DNA from: the human T2T-CHM13v2.0 reference genome, Homo sapiens
Assembly: GCF_009914755.1 (NCBI RefSeq)
Contig: NC_060930.1
DNA: 64,000 bases
Strand: one strand, 5' to 3'
Shown: positions 58,045 to 64,000 of the stretch, one piece after another
Position numbering within the stretch: the first letter of the stretch is position 1
Layout of the letters: each line of letters begins with the position of its first letter
The notes under the pieces: model-generated
Told to the model about the DNA's origin: nothing
Seen by the model: the letters and a program-made list of their open reading frames with translations, nothing else
Databases searched by the model: none
Program-made: the position numbers and the translations under genes

Positions 58045-58935
58045 TTGTGATAAAATATGTGTACCATAAAATGTTCCACTTTAACTATTTTAAGTACAGT
58101 TCAGTGGCATTAAGTACATTCACATTGTAGTTAAACCATCATCACTATCCATCTCCAGAACTTTTTTATCCTCACAAACTGAAATTCTATACACATTAGG
58201 CAACAATTCCCTGTTTCCCCTTCCCACTAGCCCCTGGCAACTGCCATTTCACTTTATCTATATGAATTTGTCTATTTTACGTACCTTATGTAAGTGGAAT
58301 CATGCAATATTTGCCTTTTTGTGACTGGCTTATTTAACTTAGCACCATGTCTTCAAGGTTCATTCACATTGTAACATATATTAGAATTTTCCTATTTTTA
58401 AGCATGAATAATACTCAATACATATGTATATACTGCATTTTGTTTATCTATTTATTGATGGACACTTGGGTTGCTTCTACCTTTTGGCTATTCTGAATAA
58501 TGCTGCTATGAATATGGTTGTACAACTGTCTGTTGGAGTCCCCACTTGCAATTATTTTGTGCATATACCCATAAAGGTCATATAGTAATTTTATGTTTAA
58601 TTTTTGAGGAACTACACCACTGTTTTCCATAGTGGCTATACTATTTTACAGTCCCACCAGCAATGCACAAAGATTCTGATTTCTTCACATCCTTGACATT
58701 TGTAATTTTTTGTTTATTTGTTGTTGATATATATATACATACATATATATATATATAAAATGGCCATGTAAATGGGTGTGAGGTGGTATCTTATTATAGT
58801 TTTAATTTGCATTACCCTAATTACCTCTGATGTTGAGCATCTTTTCATGTGTTTATTGGCCATTCCTATATCTTCTTTGAAGAAATATCTCCTCAGGTCT
58901 TTTGCCAATATTTTCATTGGGTTGTTTGTTTGTTG
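58045..58935 (-). mobile_element. L1MB 3'UTR and ORF2 end
   Basis: GTACAGTTCAGTGGCATTAAGTACATTCACATTG; ORF2 fragment [22 protein letters not shown]. Confidence 0.85.
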
Positions 58936-59019
58936 TTGTTGTTGTTGAGGCTGGAAACTTTTTACCTCTGTTTTTCTGCAAGGGTAGAATTCTTCTTTAC
59001 CTTTGCTTGTTTTTGTACT

Positions 59020-59382
59020 TGATATGGTTTGGCTGTATCCCCACCCAAATCTCAAATTGTAGCCCCCATAATTCCCACGTGTTGTGGGAGGGACCCCGTG
59101 GCAGGTAATTGAATCATGAAGGCGAGTCTTTCCTGTGCTGTTCTTATAATAGTGAATAAGTCTGAGAGGTCTGATGGTTTTATAAAGGGGAGTTCTGCTG
59201 CACATGCTCTGTCTCTTGTCTGCTGCCAAGTAAGATGTGACTTTTCTCCTCCTTTGCCTTCCGCCATGATTGTGAGGCTTCCTCAGTCATGTGGAACTGC
59301 GAGTCCATTAAACCTCTTTTTCTTTATAAATTACCCAGTCTCGAGTATGTCTTTATCAGCAGCATGAAAACCAACTAATACA
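59020..59382 (+). mobile_element. THE1 (B/C) solo LTR
   Basis: TGATATGGTTTGGCTGT..CCCCACCCAAATCTCA...CAGCAGCATGAAAA..AACTAATACA; TSD GTACT/GTACC. Confidence 0.95.
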
Positions 59383-59896
59383 GTACCTATGAGAAAGCTG
59401 TGCATATACTTCTGTATGCTTCTTCTCATTTTTCATCTCTAAAAGTAGTTTTCTTATGTTAAACACAGAAATGCACTTTTGTGATTTCTTTTAATATGTT
59501 ACAAATTATTGTTGCATGTTTAAAGTAGATGAACAGCTTCAGATTATATACTGACAAAAATGAGTTGAATCAGAGTTCTCTTTTTTCCCCCCTGCCACAT
59601 ATACTTCTTGAGGGCTTTGGGAAATAAATTTGTAATCATATAATTATTTAGGGTGCTCACTTTTAAAAATATTTGCATAACTAAAGGCCAAAGGAATAAA
59701 CATTCAATACATGAAGGTGAATACTTTTAAATGAGCAACCTCTAATAGTTTCAGAGAAATCAGTAAATGAGACAGCATAATGCATCTAGCAGAGATGTCT
59801 AGATGGACAGGTGGGGAGTGGTCAGAGATAAAGCACACCTGTCTCCCGAATAGTCAAAGTATTGTACTATTTCACAGAGAACTAACGAGCTTAAGG

Positions 59897-60117
59897 TAGG
59901 GTTCATCAACCTTGATATTATTGATATTTTGGTTTATTGATATATCTTTGTTGTGAGGGGCTATTCTGTGTATTGTAGGAGGTTTAGCAACATCTCTAGT
60001 CTTGATCCACTAGTTTCCAGTAGCAACCTCACCCCTGCAAATCATAACAATCAAACAGTGTCTCTAGATATTGCCAGTGTGCCCCAGGGATTAAAATTTT
60101 GTCTTATTCAACTATTG
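59897..60117 (-). mobile_element. MER20 hAT-Charlie element
   Basis: TCAACCTTG..A.TATTGA.ATTTTGG...TGTAGGA.GTTTAGCA.CATC.CT...TCTCTAGATATTGCCA.TGT.CCC. Confidence 0.82.
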
Positions 60118-61040
60118 CTTCAGTGCTGTGAGTGTTAGTTTAGAATGTGGTATATTACTTAGAATGATCCCTTGGTTTCCATGGCCAATATCATATCTCA
60201 CTGGGGTCATAATGAAATGTAGGGTATATTGTATTTAAATCACACAGACCTGTGTTTGGATGCTAGATGGCACTGTAACTTTACTCAACCATGTTCCCCT
60301 TCAGTGCCTTTTTCCTTTAATTAATGAAAAAGGGAATAGTAATGGTCTGTGACCACTCTATAAACACCTGGTGAAAGTAAGTTCCAATCAATGGAAAGAC
60401 CTAGAGAAAACATTTGAGCAAATCATATAGGATGTTCTTATCTAAAGGATATAGAAGGAAGTCAGTATGGTGAGGATACAAGGCAGATAAACATCATCCA
60501 GGGTAGAGCTTCACCCCAGAGGTAGGGTGGGAGACAAAGTGGAGTTGGTGGAATTGGTGGTAGGGTGCATATTTATGGTTGATCATACAGTGAGGAAGTG
60601 AGGTAGCATTAAAAATTCATGAGGCCTAAATGTTACCCAAGATGTGCAGCTTTACGTATATAAGACTAGGTCACCCTTCAAGTAGCCTTGCCTAAAAACA
60701 CGCTGGCAACCCTTTTACTTGAGCCAGGTGCTCCCTGTTGATCACAGAATTATTTAATTTATGATATACAGTTAAGTTTAAATGAAATTCTTAGGATTTA
60801 TTATCAGCCTCCCTAGACTAACAGAGCCAGGTGAAAGTAGATTCAAAAACCCCTAGGTGTGAATCCAGAATGATGAAAATGTACCCAGAAGTCTCTAGGA
60901 GTCCTGCTAACAGGCCTTAAACCAGTGTAGGGCCTATCCTGCAATTTTATTGCTGAGAGGTTTACTTTGAAGATTAAATGGAATTAAGAGAAACAATATA
61001 AGGAAAATTACTGATACACAGGGACTCATTGAAAAAGTGG

Positions 61041-61484
61041 TGTTTTAGTCAATTTTCTTTTGCTTATAACAGAATATCTAAAACTTGGTAATTTATAAAT
61101 AAAAGAAATTTATTTCTTGCAATGATGCAGGCTGAGAAGTCTCATGTCAAGGGGTTGCATCTGGTGAGAGCCTTCTTGCTGGTGGGGATTCTCAGAAGAG
61201 TCCTGAGGTGGTGCAGTGTATCACTTGGTAAGGAGGCCTCTGTGCTAACACACTAGCCCAGGTCTCTCTTTGTCCTCCTTTAAAGCCACAAGTTTACCTC
61301 TCATTATAATCCCTTAATTCATTAATCCATGAATCCATTCATTCATGAATTGAATGGATTAATCAATTGATGAAGGCAGAGCCCTCATGATCTAATCACC
61401 CCTAAAGTCTCCGACCTTTCAATACTGCCACATTAGAGATTAAATTTCAACATGAGTTTTGGAGGGGAAAAATATTCAAACATT
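61041..61484 (-). mobile_element. MSTC-like MaLR LTR
   Basis: TTAGTC..TTT..TTGCTTATAACAGAATA...GCATCTGGTGAGAGCCTTCTTGCTGGTGGGGA...TTTCAACATGAGTTTTGGAGGGG. Confidence 0.87.
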
Positions 61485-62033
61485 GTTATTAGCATCATTA
61501 CTGTCATAACTGTATTGCTATTCTTAAGGTAGCACAGTGTAAACACTTAATATTGAGGACATTGGTAGAAACGGAGCCCAACTGACTTCTAGCTTTACTT
61601 ACAGCAATGGGTTTATAGAAGATCGGAAATTAGGACTCCTGGTTGCCTCTAAATGAGTATATGCAATATATTATTTCTCTTTAACAGTCTTTTAGCATCC
61701 ATCTAGGAAAGAAATAGTTGGAGTATAAGAAAATCTGGATAGATTTAAGTATCAAAGTAAGATTAAGACTAATAGAAAAGTCCTTTAAACTTTTTCAAAG
61801 ATTTTAAAAATGCATGCACTCTGATAAGATTGGTGACTTCATTTTTTGCATATTCCTATGGCAACTAAATGTCTTAAAGTGGATTTTTGAAAATATTTTG
61901 GATAGAACTTGCTTGAGAAACTGAGAAAAAAATCAGTTTTTCTTGACTCAGCATTTTAGTTCTACAGTTTGTAAAACTCAAACGATAAATGTTGCATAAA
62001 TAGTCACACTTCATTTAAAAATGATTAAAGCTA

Positions 62034-62149
62034 TAGTTAAAAGTACTGCGTGTTTACTTTGCGTAAACCAAACTAATTAACAGGACATAATTTGTTCTCT
62101 AGTTAAAAGTACTGTGTGTTTACTTTGTGTAAACTCGGCTAATAAGCAG
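62034..62149. repeat. Local direct duplication (period 66 bp) with a 35-bp conserved core
   Basis: TAGTTAAAAGTACTG(C/T)GTGTTTACTTTG(C/T)GTAAAC at 62034-62068 and 62100-62134. Confidence 0.9.
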
Positions 62150-63329
62150 TAAGCGACTTGCAAATTTTCTCTAGAAGATGCTGATAAATGCTAAAGAAAA
62201 CCATTTAACTTAATCTTCATATATCACTTGTAAATTTTAAGATTATCTTTATTACCTTTCTTTTCATACATTGGTCACAAACTAAAAATAACAAACTTAT
62301 AAAATCAGGGGAAAACTAAGAAAATATGGTATTCCTTAATTCTATTGTGTTAATGAAGTATCTGAATATAAACTAATTTTGTTAAAGCATAGATAAGATT
62401 GATATGATTTGGCAATCTATTTCAAGAACATGGAAAGAAAACTTACGATTGTCATGAGGAAATTAATTATGAATTTGCATGTAATGAAATAAAGCAGAGA
62501 TATGTGAAGTCACTGAATGTTACTTAATGGGTCCCAGGCCAACATAAGCCTATAGAAAAAAACAAGTCATGTGTTAGGAGAGTGAAAAAAGAGGTGAAGA
62601 AAGCTAAAAAAGAGATGAGGTAGAGTCCCTGCATTGGCTGTACACAGCCTGTCACTGCCTAAAGATAAGGTGTCTGGGCCCAATTTATCTGACATCTCTG
62701 TCCTCCTAGCTAAAAGCTGTTTTTAAGGCTATCGTATATTCTGTGTAATCGAGTGCATAATTTCTTTACTAATTCCCTTCACTTTAATTTCATGTTTATA
62801 AAACCAGTATTTCATTATAATCTAGTATTTGGGGCATTGAGAAAAAAGTGAGAATCATGCTAGTATGGGCATTTTAATTCTACAAAGAATTATAAATTAA
62901 TAAATTGCCACTGTGATTTTAAGTTACTGGTTGTCAATAATTACAGAATAATAAATTTTCAGTCTTTAATAAATTTTATACACATTATATCTTATGAGTC
63001 TGAGTGACATAGATTTGCACCCAAAAGATGACCTTTCAGAGTCTGATACATCAAAGTTCTAATTCTGCTTAGCGGTGATCCAGCCTCTAATTTGTGGTGG
63101 ATTCACCAAGGCCAATGCCATTTTGTAATGTCCCCAGCAGCCACCAGCTGGCTGCCCTAGATGACAACCACATCTCCAACTTCTTCATCAGTATATTGGC
63201 AATCTACATAAGAGCAATTTATTAAACCAGCAGGCATATTATTATTACCCTAAATTTTTTATTATCAATTGCAGTTTGGCCCCCAAGACTGCCAGATTCT
63301 CTTCCATGCTTCTCTAGTCAGCTTATTCT

Positions 63330-63930
63330 CCTAATCTGTATGGAAAATATTTCCCATCCTCTTCACTCCCCAGAAAAATCATGCCCTACCCCCATCAATT
63401 CACTTTCAGTGAAGATCTTCCCATTTATTTCCAGCAAAAACAGAAGACATCAACAATTTACTCTTTTATTTTCTCATCACTTAACCACAGATTTATTTGT
63501 ACTAGAAAGTATTTCAGGGGAAGATACCTATTTTAATCTCAGAGGTGAAAGTCTTTCTACCAGGAATCAGGTTTATTATATATTCTCAGAATATATGATA
63601 AATTTCATCCCAATTTATATTCTTAGAGATTTTGTTTCATCAAGTGTCCTGTCTCCCCATCTCTGATAGTTGTAATGGGACTCTCCTATTTACATTAAAA
63701 TTTGCTCTTTTTCAATTTAAAAATAATACAAATTAATAAACAAATGAATTAAGCAGCAAATCTATCTTTGCACCTCATAACACTGTCAAGCCACCATCCT
63801 GTTTCTTTTATTGCCCTCACAGCCATGCTTCTCTCCAAAGAGTTGACCTAATTTGCCATTCCTCTCTGCTTTCTCATCCTCCATTTATGCCTCAATGCTT
63901 TCTTTGGCAACATCTCCATTAAAGGACCAT
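63330..63930 (+). mobile_element. Old L2 fragment
   Basis: Pyrimidine-rich sequence with L2-like motifs (TTATTTCCAGCAAAAACAGAAGACATCA, CCCTCACAGCCA..CTTCTC); very diverged. Confidence 0.45.
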
Positions 63931-63939
63931 TTTATAAAG

Positions 63940-64000
63940 CAAGCTTGTCCAAACCACAGCCCATGGGCCACATGCAGCCCAGGATGGCTTCAAATGAGGC
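63940..64000 (-). mobile_element. MER30 hAT-Charlie element, truncated by the window edge
   Basis: CAAGCTTGTCCAAACCACAGCCCATGGGCCACATGCAGCCCAGGATGGCTT matches the MER30 terminus. Confidence 0.82.

Noticed and set aside
58714-59229. 171-aa ORF
   Set aside because: A chance fusion of antisense THE1 LTR, a (CAA)n tract and an L1 ORF2 fragment.
61315-61370. Palindromic AATCCATTCA..TGAATGGATT cluster
   Set aside because: MSTC-type LTRs carry repeated ATTAATCC/ATGGATT motifs at this position, so it is largely a family feature.

Overview
This is AT-rich, CpG-depleted primate (almost certainly human) genomic DNA, intergenic or intronic, and dominated by transposable-element remnants. I could not identify a protein-coding gene with confidence. 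Nearly all ORF-track entries are Alu/L1/ERV-derived or chance ORFs. The main elements are a near-complete HERV-L provirus on the minus strand (27615-34767, two MLT2A LTRs, decayed gag/pol/dUTPase), a full-length dead Hsmar1 mariner transposon (23618-25223) carrying an Alu, a 2.3 kb 5'-truncated L1PA, two 5'-inverted (twin-primed) L1s, about nine Alus, many MaLR/ERV solo LTRs, L2/MIR/MER remnants and two long AT-rich tandem arrays. The most unusual signals read directly from the sequence are: (1) several patchwork templated or fold-back insertions whose local donor segments can be identified (inside the Alu in Hsmar1, at the Hsmar1 right end, inside an ERV1 LTR); (2) a 35-bp-arm near-perfect hairpin at 11176-11257; (3) a ~1.16 kb AT array grown in only one of the two HERV-L LTRs, with visible fold-back origins; (4) a possible minus-strand spliced transcript, perhaps LTR-initiated, ending at a candidate terminal exon at 13346-13523. 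Subfamily names come from recalled consensus sequences and need RepeatMasker/Dfam confirmation. I see no evidence for a novel multi-gene system.
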